From NCBI GenBank assembly GCA_031413715.1, contig JANOFO010000011.1:18903-82902 (forward strand): a stretch of DNA of 64,000 nt, in the 5' to 3' direction. Made by a program: the position numbers and the translations under genes. Below the pieces are notes generated by a model. It worked only from the letters and a program-made list of their open reading frames with translations, was not told the DNA's origin and did not search any database. Shown here in pieces: positions 55,899-64,000 of the stretch (positions are counted from its first letter, which is position 1; each line of letters starts with the position of its first letter). Source of the stretch: Minisyncoccota bacterium. Its GTDB lineage: Bacteria; Patescibacteriota; Minisyncoccia; Phycocordibacterales; UBA9973.

Positions 55899-58022
55899 AT
55901 GCAAAGTAAAGAATACGAGGTAGAAATTGGCGGTAAGAAGATTACCGCGGTTTTCAGTGATTTAGCAGAGCAGGCAAATGGGTCAGTAATGCTCAAGTGC
56001 GAGGGGACAGTGATCATGGCTACAGCTGTCATTTCAAAGAGTGGAGACAATAATCCAGGATTTTTTAATTTAACAGTTGAATACTTGGAAAAGTTTTACG
56101 CGGCGGGGAAAATTTTAGGCAGTCAATTCATGCGTCGCGAAGGACGCCCTTCAGACCAAGCCATACTTGCAGCACGCATGACTGACCGTACAATCCGACC
56201 GCTGTTTGATCATCACATTAAAAATGCCGTGCAGGTTATCATCACAGTCATCGCGATCGGCAAGGCCGACCCAAAGACTCTAGCAGTAAATGCTGCATCG
56301 ATCGCGCTTCATGTATCAGACATACCATGGAAAGGCCCAGTCGGCGCAGTGCATGTAAGCAAAACCAAGGAAGATCCTACAATTAAAATAAACGATTATA
56401 TTCCAAACTCCGACGAACCTGTATACGATCTTGACTTGCTAGTCTGCGGAAAAGACAAGACTATAAATATGATCGAGGCGATGGCATTTGAACTTGGTGA
56501 AGATGAAATGGGTAATTGTTTTGACATGGCAGTGGCAGAGATAACAAAGTGGGAAGAATTCCAAGAGAAACTAAGAAAGGAATTGGGCAAGGAAAAACTT
56601 TCTTTCCCGAAAACAGAAGCCCCACAAGATGTGATCGAGCTATTTGATAAAAACGTAAAATCTATACTCGATGCGGGATTATTTAGCAAAGAAAGCAAGA
56701 AAGTAACTGCAGAGGCTGAATCTATCTGGAAAAATTTGATAAATGAGACATATCCAGTTTATGACGACAAAGATAAATATATCGCTCATGACTATATGCA
56801 TCACTATCTTGATCATGCATTTCATAATGCAGCACTAGAGAAAGGTGTGCGTGCTGACGGACGAGCCCTCGATGAAGTGCGCGGCCTTTATGCGAAAGCA
56901 GGCGAAATATCAGATGTACTGCACGGCTCAGGGATATTCTATAGAGGAGAGACTCATGTACTCTCAATACTCACGCTTGCTGGGCCTGAGAGCATGCATA
57001 CGATTGATGGCATAGAATTCTCAGCCAAGAAAAGATTTATGCATCACTACAATTTCCCTCCATACTCAAGCGGAGAGACTGGCCGCGTGGGCGGGATGAA
57101 CAGGAGAGAAATGGGTCATGGCTTTCTCGTAGAAAAAGCACTGACAGCAGTCATGCCAGATAAAATTTTGTTCCCTTACACTGTTCGCGTTGTTTCAGAA
57201 TCCGTGGCTTCAAACGGATCGACATCTCAGGCCTCAATATGTGCTTCGACTGTCGCTCTTATGGATGGAGGAGTTCCTATCAAAACTCCAGTTGCTGGTA
57301 TATCAATAGGTGCAATGATTGACCTAAAAGATAAAAATAAATATGTACTGCTCACCGATATTCAAGGACCAGAAGATCATTATGGAGATATGGACTTCAA
57401 GGTCGCGGGAACCAAAGATGGCATAACCGCCATACAGCTTGATGTAAAAGTCGACGGAATATCTGTAACTATTTTAAAAGAAGCTCTCGTTCGCGCAAAA
57501 ACAGCACGGCTTAAAATTTTGGAAACCATCACAGCTGAGCTTGCTGTACCTCGAGTAAGCATTTCGCCAAATGCTCCAATGATTCTTACCGTTAAAATCA
57601 AGAAGGATCAAATCGGCATGATTATCGGCCCAGGGGGCAAGAACGTAAACGCAATACGCGAAGAGACTGGAGCAGAGATTACAATAGAGGAAGATGGCAC
57701 AGTCTTCATCACTGGCAAAAATGGCGGGGCAGAAAAAGCAAAAAAAATTATTGAAGATATGACTCATGAGTACAAGCCAGGTGATACTGCAGAAGGTGAA
57801 GTGGTCAAACTCATGGACTTCGGTGCATTCGTACGAATCGCAGCCGGAACCGAAGGCTTGGTTCATGTATCTGAGATCGCACCATTCCGCGTAGAGAAGG
57901 TAGCTGATATACTTAAAGAGGGCGATAAAGTTCCCGTAAAAATAATAAAAGTGGATGAAAAAGGCCGCTTGAATCTATCGATCAAAGATGCTGATCCAAA
58001 CTTTTTCAAACCGAAATCGTAA
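55899..58022 (+). CDS. pnp: Polyribonucleotide nucleotidyltransferase (PNPase)
   Basis: MQSKEYEVEIGGKKITA... two RNase PH domains, KH (GPGGKNVNAIREETG) and S1 tail. Confidence 0.95.
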   Translation: MQSKEYEVEIGGKKITAVFSDLAEQANGSVMLKCEGTVIMATAVISKSGDNNPGFFNLTVEYLEKFYAAGKILGSQFMRREGRPSDQAILAARMTDRTIRPLFDHHIKNAVQVIITVIAIGKADPKTLAVNAASIALHVSDIPWKGPVGAVHVSKTKEDPTIKINDYIPNSDEPVYDLDLLVCGKDKTINMIEAMAFELGEDEMGNCFDMAVAEITKWEEFQEKLRKELGKEKLSFPKTEAPQDVIELFDKNVKSILDAGLFSKESKKVTAEAESIWKNLINETYPVYDDKDKYIAHDYMHHYLDHAFHNAALEKGVRADGRALDEVRGLYAKAGEISDVLHGSGIFYRGETHVLSILTLAGPESMHTIDGIEFSAKKRFMHHYNFPPYSSGETGRVGGMNRREMGHGFLVEKALTAVMPDKILFPYTVRVVSESVASNGSTSQASICASTVALMDGGVPIKTPVAGISIGAMIDLKDKNKYVLLTDIQGPEDHYGDMDFKVAGTKDGITAIQLDVKVDGISVTILKEALVRAKTARLKILETITAELAVPRVSISPNAPMILTVKIKKDQIGMIIGPGGKNVNAIREETGAEITIEEDGTVFITGKNGGAEKAKKIIEDMTHEYKPGDTAEGEVVKLMDFGAFVRIAAGTEGLVHVSEIAPFRVEKVADILKEGDKVPVKIIKVDEKGRLNLSIKDADPNFFKPKS

Positions 58023-58044
58023 ATGGGTACAAAAATCTAATAGA

Positions 58045-58944
58045 ATGGAAGAAAATAAATCCCAACAAAATAGTACCGGAGAGAATTTGAAGACGATTCA
58101 TACATATACGTCCGATATGGCTGATGCTGTTCGTGAAAACGAAGCGACGGTTATAAAGATAGCTCTCGCTGAAAAAGATAAGCGTGAACAGGAAGATATG
58201 TATAAAAAAGCACAGGGAACAGGAATTTCAAAATTCTTTTTAACTCTGGGAGGAATTATTCTTTTAGTTGGCGCTAGTATCCTCGTCTATTTCTTGATGC
58301 AAAGGAATGGGGCTATAAATGCACCCGTGAAAGCTCCAACAGCTGTTCCGGCAATTATATCGTACGATGATCAATCTTTCGTTGACCTTTCAAATGCCAC
58401 AAGTGCAAGCGACGTGACAGAAGCGATCAATCTCGAAGTGGAAAAGGGTGGAGCGCTCGGATCCATAAAGTCGCTATTATTAACAAAATTCGCGGAAGGA
58501 AAAGCGCAACTCTTTCCATTTGACGATTTTTTATCTTTGACTAAGATTGCGCCACCTCAAACACTCGTGCGTACGCTGAGCGGTGAGTACATGGTGGGAA
58601 TATATACATCAGAATCATCTAGAGCCCATTTATTCATGGTAGTACAGGTAAAAGATTTCAATCAAGCGTATGCCGCTCTCTTGGAATGGGAAAAAACAAT
58701 GCTCGATGACTTGTTTATCCTTTTCCATATTGACGTTTCAGGTGATCACAGTTCACTTTTCGAAAAACCTTGGAACGACATCATCATAAACAACAAGGAT
58801 GCACGTATTTTGTATGATGAGAGTGGAGATGATGTTCTCTATTATGTGTTTGCCGATAAAAACAATCTAATCATTGCTGATAATCAGGATGCTATTGAGG
58901 AAATTACTGCTCGCCTTCTCGTAAAAAATACGAAACCGCTTTAA
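58045..58944 (+). CDS. Hypothetical membrane-anchored protein
   Basis: One TM (FFLTLGGIILLVGASILVYFLM) then ~230-aa soluble domain. Confidence 0.5.
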   Translation: MEENKSQQNSTGENLKTIHTYTSDMADAVRENEATVIKIALAEKDKREQEDMYKKAQGTGISKFFLTLGGIILLVGASILVYFLMQRNGAINAPVKAPTAVPAIISYDDQSFVDLSNATSASDVTEAINLEVEKGGALGSIKSLLLTKFAEGKAQLFPFDDFLSLTKIAPPQTLVRTLSGEYMVGIYTSESSRAHLFMVVQVKDFNQAYAALLEWEKTMLDDLFILFHIDVSGDHSSLFEKPWNDIIINNKDARILYDESGDDVLYYVFADKNNLIIADNQDAIEEITARLLVKNTKPL

Positions 58945-59051
58945 GATTGCCATTTATAATAATAATGCTACTATTAAAAATACCTGTCCCGTTAAAAAAT
59001 CCACGAACAGGGATATACACGAAAAGATTATTATTTAAATTTTTTAATGAG

Positions 59052-59411
59052 ATGAATAAAGATATATACAAGAAAAAATTGGAAGAGGAGAAAAAACTGC
59101 TTGAAGAAGAGCTTGGTGCTTTGGGCCGTATTGATAAAACTACCGGCGAGTGGGAAGCTACTCCAGAAGCCCAAACTGCGCCAGAAGCTGATGAAAATGA
59201 CTTGGCTGACCGCAACGAAGATTATGAAGAGAGAACAGCTACGATGTCGGCCCTTATGGCAAGACTCGAAGATATAGACAAGGCTCTTATGAAGATAGAT
59301 GGTGAGGAATATGGCATATGTGAGTCTTGCGGTAAAAAAATAGAAGACGATCGCTTGGAAGCAAATCCTAGTGCACGCACATGTAAAGAGTGCATGGACA
59401 AGGCGCTATAG
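59052..59411 (+). CDS. DksA/TraR-family C4 zinc-finger protein
   Basis: Coiled-coil then CESCGKKIEDDRLEANPSARTCKEC. Confidence 0.75.
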   Translation: MNKDIYKKKLEEEKKLLEEELGALGRIDKTTGEWEATPEAQTAPEADENDLADRNEDYEERTATMSALMARLEDIDKALMKIDGEEYGICESCGKKIEDDRLEANPSARTCKECMDKAL

Positions 59412-59470
59412 TTAATCCTCCTGTTTAGAAAAACTTTAAAATAGAATCTATATGATAAAAAAGGGAACAT

Positions 59471-61075
59471 ATGTTCTCTTTTTTATTTATGTCATTCTCA
59501 CGCGTTTATTCTGCACAGACACATTTATTGAAAGGAAGAGTTGTCACTGTAGAAGTAGATATTACAAAAAATACACTTCATGCATTTACTCTGGTCGGCT
59601 TGCCTGATAAAGCAGTCGATGAATCAAAAGATCGCATGAGTTCTGCCCTCAAGAATTCTGGCTTTGCTTCGCCTAAAAATCAGAATCAGAAAATAGTTAT
59701 CTCTCTTTCACCAGCGGATTTAAAAAAAGAAGGTCCGTATTTTGATTTGGCTATCGCTTTAGCATATCTTCTGTCCGCCGAAGAGATAGATTTCGATCCA
59801 GAGAGTAGACTGTTCCTCGGTGAATTATCTCTCAACGGCGAACTCCAATCTATAAAAGGCGCTCTACCACTAACCCAAGAGGCTAAGCGTTTAGGCTATA
59901 GAGAAATATTTCTGCCGAAACAAAATGCGAGAGAAGCTGCACTTGTAGAAGGTATAATTGTATATGGAGCCGAAACATTAAAAGAGGTCATAGATCACAT
60001 TTATAAAATAAAGAGAGATAAAAAAGGGAATCCTCTCGAGCAAGAGCGAACAAAACTTTTACCTACTCCGAAAACAGAAATTATTCACGAACAAAGGGAA
60101 CCTGCTATCGACTTTGCAGATATTCGTGGACAGGAAGGTGCGAAACGAGGAATCGAAATTGCTGCAGCCGGAGGACACAACATTGCCATGTCAGGCCCGC
60201 CTGGCACTGGTAAGACAATGCTTGCACGAGTATTTTCATATATATTGCCAGACCTTAAAAATGAAGAAATTTTAGAAATTACTGGCATACACTCAGTTGT
60301 GGGTTTACTTGAAAATGATCTAGTTACAGAGTCGCCATTTCGCGCTCCACATCATACCGCAAGCTATGTATCAATGATCGGCGGAGGAGCAAATCCAAAA
60401 CCAGGAGAGGTAACACTAGCTCATAGAGGCGTTCTTTTTCTAGACGAATTTACTGAATTTGAAAAAAGAGTACTAGAATCTCTGCGCCAACCGCTTGAGG
60501 ATAACGTCGTGTCGATTTCGCGTGCTCGCGGGTCTGCAATATTCCCATCAAACTTTATTCTCGTCGCGGCCATGAATCCATGTCCATGCGGAAACAAAGG
60601 CAACAAACAGAAAAAATGCATCTGCAAACCTCACGATCTAGATAGATACAATAGGAAATTATCAGGTCCCATTATGGACCGCATTGATATCTGGGTAACT
60701 GTGGGTGTTGTTGATTATGAAAAGCTATCAAGCTCTGAGCAATTAGGAGAGAGAACTATTTCAATCAAAGAAAGAGTGAGAAAAGCTCGGGATATACAAA
60801 CAAAAAGGTTCAAATCTATACAAGAAGAAAATTCTGCACGGAAAATAAACACTAACAGCGATATGAATGTAAAAGATTTGGCAATATATGCACCCCTTAC
60901 GCCAGATATAAAAAAGCTACTCAATGATTCGGCTGAACGCTTGCAACTCTCTGCTCGAGCATACCATCGCACCATCAAACTCGCCCGTACAATCGCCGAC
61001 CTTGAAGGAAGTGAATCCATCACTTCCGCCCATATCCTCGAAGCTTTACAGTATAGACCCCGTACACAAAATTAG
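59471..61075 (+). CDS. comM: Mg-chelatase-like AAA+ protein YifB/ComM
   Basis: Lon-like N-domain; Walker A SGPPGTGKT, Walker B LFLDEF; C-terminal ChlI-like region. Confidence 0.85.
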   Translation: MFSFLFMSFSRVYSAQTHLLKGRVVTVEVDITKNTLHAFTLVGLPDKAVDESKDRMSSALKNSGFASPKNQNQKIVISLSPADLKKEGPYFDLAIALAYLLSAEEIDFDPESRLFLGELSLNGELQSIKGALPLTQEAKRLGYREIFLPKQNAREAALVEGIIVYGAETLKEVIDHIYKIKRDKKGNPLEQERTKLLPTPKTEIIHEQREPAIDFADIRGQEGAKRGIEIAAAGGHNIAMSGPPGTGKTMLARVFSYILPDLKNEEILEITGIHSVVGLLENDLVTESPFRAPHHTASYVSMIGGGANPKPGEVTLAHRGVLFLDEFTEFEKRVLESLRQPLEDNVVSISRARGSAIFPSNFILVAAMNPCPCGNKGNKQKKCICKPHDLDRYNRKLSGPIMDRIDIWVTVGVVDYEKLSSSEQLGERTISIKERVRKARDIQTKRFKSIQEENSARKINTNSDMNVKDLAIYAPLTPDIKKLLNDSAERLQLSARAYHRTIKLARTIADLEGSESITSAHILEALQYRPRTQN

Positions 61076-61116
61076 CATTAAGATTATCCTATAATCAACA
61101 CAAGCGATAGCACGAC

Positions 61117-61596
61117 ATGATTATTGCTGAAAAAATATTAACACTTCTTAATACCCAAACATCTCGATACAAGGGAGTCCCGTTAAACATATTCGGACTG
61201 CCAGTATTTAAGGAACACCATCCGCAATCAATACGAAATACCGTTTCTAAACTCCACTCTCAAAATCTTATTTTGTACTCAGGATCTTCAATGAAAATAA
61301 CAAAAAATGGTAAAAATTATTTAAAAAGAAGAAGCGTACTCCTGCAAACATTCGAATCTCCATTTAATGATATTCAACCAAAAAACTTACTAGTTTTATT
61401 TGATATTCCTGAAAATCGAAAAGCTGAGCGAGAATGGCTTAGAAGACATCTACGGAGATTCGGATACCATATGATCCAAAAGAGCGTTTGGGTTGGACCT
61501 TCGCCGCTACCTCAAGAATTTATCACTTATATAAAGAAGATACAGCTTAAGGATTCGATAAAAACCTTCAAACTCGCAAAACCATACCTAGGATGA
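61117..61596 (+). CDS. Putative PaaX-like regulator (wHTH plus Cas2-fold-like C-terminal domain)
   Basis: C-terminal LLVLFDIPENRKAEREWLRRHLRRFGYHMIQKSVWV resembles PaaX_C / Cas2-like fold; weak. Confidence 0.4.
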   Translation: MIIAEKILTLLNTQTSRYKGVPLNIFGLPVFKEHHPQSIRNTVSKLHSQNLILYSGSSMKITKNGKNYLKRRSVLLQTFESPFNDIQPKNLLVLFDIPENRKAEREWLRRHLRRFGYHMIQKSVWVGPSPLPQEFITYIKKIQLKDSIKTFKLAKPYLG

Positions 61597-61654
61597 GATA
61601 AACCTCATAATCACAGCAAGCGATCGCTTGTCGTGATTATGAACAAATATAAAA

Positions 61655-62431
61655 TTAGATTTCTTTATTTAATCTTTTTGCTTCTACCCAAGCGAGCTCG
61701 TAGATTTTCTTCATTGCATCAGCAATTTCAGCTGACTCGATAATGATACCGAGCTTCTCTCGCCAGGATGCGATCATAACTTTGTTGTCGTATATATTAA
61801 TTTCCGGTGAGAAATAAAATTTATCAGCTGGAACAAACGCTGTTTCTCTTGATTCTTCTTTATCTTTCGACCTTCTTTCGACACCAACTTCAGTTTTTGG
61901 AATAATAGCGCGGATTGAGATACCGTTACTAGCACGACGCTTATAATACTTAGGAAAATAGTTCGGCAATGCTGCATGCATATCATCAACTGTTGCATAC
62001 GCACGGATCGGCTCATGGGATGTCAGAGTATCCTCGTATACTTCTATCAACCCTTCGACGCCTTCGTAAAATCTGACACGCGAACGATCGGAAACATTGT
62101 GAATCGATTTGAGTTCAGGAATAATGTCTTCACTTTTTTTTAGTGCTTCATGCTTCTGTTTGATATCTTCAGTGATGAATCTACTCAAATTCTCTGGCGA
62201 CTCAGCGCTGTATTCTTGCTTAGGTTCTTTGCCTGAGATACTGACGAGACCCTTGGCGGATAGGGAATCGAGGATATCATAGCCAGTAGTGCGATTTATA
62301 TTAGCCCTACGCGAGATAGCTGAAACCGTCCCACGCCCAAGCTCAAGAAGCGAGATATACACACCCGCTTCCTTATCGGAAAGACCTACTTCTACTAACT
62401 TGTTCCGAAGTTGTACTTGCTCTTTTTTCAC
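61655..62431 (-). CDS. TrmB-family transcriptional regulator (paralog 4 of 4)
   Basis: VGLSDKEAGVYISLLELGRGTVSAISRRANINRTTGYDILDSLSAKGLV HTH. Confidence 0.75.
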   Translation of the reverse strand: MKKEQVQLRNKLVEVGLSDKEAGVYISLLELGRGTVSAISRRANINRTTGYDILDSLSAKGLVSISGKEPKQEYSAESPENLSRFITEDIKQKHEALKKSEDIIPELKSIHNVSDRSRVRFYEGVEGLIEVYEDTLTSHEPIRAYATVDDMHAALPNYFPKYYKRRASNGISIRAIIPKTEVGVERRSKDKEESRETAFVPADKFYFSPEINIYDNKVMIASWREKLGIIIESAEIADAMKKIYELAWVEAKRLNKEI

Positions 62432-62620
62432 ACTTTAATTATATATTATGGTCTACATTTGTGTCAATTTATTTCCACGATTTTCCTTTTTCTAATTTTT
62501 AACCCTATTTATATGCTATTTTATATATCATTTTTGACGATACTGCTTGACAAATAATATATTTTGTTTATTCTTAACTAGAAAACAAAATTTCGCTCAT
62601 CAAAAACTAAAGGAGGGACT

Positions 62621-63790
62621 ATGAATATAATGTTGCAAATTTGGGGAGGATTATTTTATCTTCTTGCAAAAATTTTTCTCGCAAAAACTGCTGATAAAAA
62701 AGAGTCTCCGCTTAGGCGGCTAGGATGGCTAACATATCTTTTTGGGGCACCCGCATGGATTATTTTGCTTGCCTTAGATAAAAATTGGATAGCTATGGGA
62801 GTAGAAGCGGGTGGCATTCCATCAATGATAGTTGGTCTGGTAAATTCGAAATCAAAAAGAATAAAAAGGATTATACACTGGTTATTATTTTTCCTTATTA
62901 GTTCAAGCATTGTTTATAGTGTTTATGATAAAAATGGTTTTAACACTACTTCTCAATACCTTGAATTGGGAGTGACTCTAGGATTTTTGATTGGAACTTA
63001 CCTACTATCCCAAGAAAATATTTATGGGTGGCTATGGTTCATGTTGATGAACGCAAGTATGGCAATACTAATGTCTATAAATGAAAAGTGGATACTTGTA
63101 ACACTCCAGTTAGTATCTTTATGCATTGTTACCTATGGGTTCTGGAAATCACTCAAAAAGTCTCGACGAAACGAGGGTAATATGGATATAAGCCATTTTT
63201 ATGACATCTTTGTTAATTTTTTCAGCAAAAGGAAATTAATTAAAGTTCAGAAAAAGAGACTGAAAAAATTCCTCCAAGACAATTATTGGGATTTAAAGGA
63301 TCGTAATCCTATGGGTTATATCTGTAAATATTTCAACTGGGAATTCACTGAGCCTAAAGAAAAAGGCTGCATGATTGAGCTGGGAACAATGCCTGATTGC
63401 GATTTTAAATTTACTATTTGGCATAACAAACCATGTATGGAGGAAGACGGACCAAACCCTGGAGAAGGATCCCCACATTGTTTGAATCAGCTAAAAGGCG
63501 ATGAGAAATATTTTACGGTAGAATTATTTGAATTGAACAGCGGTTGGAAAACATACGACACCGGCAGGCCAAGCGGTTATTCAGATACATTCATTTGTAC
63601 AATCCACATTTTGAGGGAAAATTTCACCTTTAAAGAAATGAATATAGGGGAATGGTATCTAGGAACATGCGAAATACCTTTCTTGTTCAATTTTAAGGGT
63701 ACAGGGCGTTCAGGTAGCTTAGTTCTGAAATTTGATCACAAGAATAAAGCTCGTGGAGAATGCACATTGTTTTTTCCAAACTTATTATAA
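62621..63790 (+). CDS. Membrane protein (5 TM) with ~200-aa Cys-containing soluble C-terminal domain
   Basis: Strong SD aaaGGAGGgact before ATG (rare in this window); hydrophobic N-half. Confidence 0.55.
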   Translation: MNIMLQIWGGLFYLLAKIFLAKTADKKESPLRRLGWLTYLFGAPAWIILLALDKNWIAMGVEAGGIPSMIVGLVNSKSKRIKRIIHWLLFFLISSSIVYSVYDKNGFNTTSQYLELGVTLGFLIGTYLLSQENIYGWLWFMLMNASMAILMSINEKWILVTLQLVSLCIVTYGFWKSLKKSRRNEGNMDISHFYDIFVNFFSKRKLIKVQKKRLKKFLQDNYWDLKDRNPMGYICKYFNWEFTEPKEKGCMIELGTMPDCDFKFTIWHNKPCMEEDGPNPGEGSPHCLNQLKGDEKYFTVELFELNSGWKTYDTGRPSGYSDTFICTIHILRENFTFKEMNIGEWYLGTCEIPFLFNFKGTGRSGSLVLKFDHKNKARGECTLFFPNLL

Positions 63791-63886
63791 AACAGTTAAT
63801 TTTTAAACCAGAGAAGAATCCGCCAAAAGTTTTCTTCTCTGCTTTATAAAGTTAATTTAGTGCTATTATTAATTAGTAATATAAAT

Positions 63887-64000
63887 ATGACCAAGCAAAA
63901 TTGTAAAACATGTGAAAAAGAGATTGAGATCCGCAATGAAGACATCGTATTTTACGAGCAAATGAAGGTAGATATTTCAAATTTTTGTCCCGAATGCAGA
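63887..64000 (+). CDS. Cys-rich zinc-ribbon protein, N-terminal fragment; paralog of the 41407-43104 gene (runs off window)
   Basis: MTKQNCKTCEKEIEIRNEDIVFYEQMKVDISNFCPECR aligns with METRSCQNCKKDFGIDERDQLYYKKINVPYPTWCPECR. Confidence 0.6.
   Translation, partial: MTKQNCKTCEKEIEIRNEDIVFYEQMKVDISNFCPECR

Overview
The window reads as an AT-rich, gene-dense bacterial fragment with short intergenic spacers, tRNA genes that do not encode CCA, and mostly Shine-Dalgarno-poor starts. I infer a reduced-genome bacterium such as a Candidate Phyla Radiation/Patescibacteria member; this is an inference from gene content and style, not a taxonomic assignment.

The first 10.6 kb is the minus-strand tuf-S10-spc ribosomal-protein cluster (tuf, rpsJ, rplC, rplD, rplW, rplB, rpsS, rplV, rpsC, rplP, rpsQ, rplN, rplX, rplE, rpsZ, rpsH, rplF). 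Three non-ribosomal genes sit between rplB and rpsS. No rpmC lies between rplP and rpsQ. A terminator plus internal promoter separates rplE from rpsZ.

Upstream of tuf are three secreted or surface proteins, including a 776-aa protein with a Hint (pretoxin-HINT / bacterial intein-like) domain followed by a Cys-rich C-terminal tail.

A plus-strand cluster at 16.0-23.7 kb encodes sugar or aminosugar tailoring enzymes: an MBL-fold hydrolase, an APH/choline-kinase-fold kinase, two DegT-type aminotransferases (one fused to a FemAB/GNAT-like domain), an SDR epimerase, a TIM-barrel sugar isomerase and a PIG-L deacetylase.

The rest is housekeeping (nusA, ppa, tig, clpP, rny, hup, cca, xth, xerC/D, rpsO, pnp, comM) interleaved with:
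- a Fic gene with a palindromic putative operator
- four TrmB-family regulator paralogs
- four tRNAs, with an HNH endonuclease gene overlapping tRNA-Arg
- a NitT/TauT-type ABC transporter
- a histidine ammonia-lyase plus nitrilase-family pair
- a large Cys-rich zinc-ribbon protein coupled to a degenerate RecA/KaiC-like protein, with a paralog starting at the window's 3' edge

A recurring promoter-like motif (TTGAC-N16/17-TAGTAT, often with an extended TGn) precedes rpsZ, rpsS, tuf, rpsO and nusA. Several genes appear leaderless. No CRISPR array or rRNA gene is present. All functional calls come from reading the translated ORFs and the DNA by eye; no searches were run.
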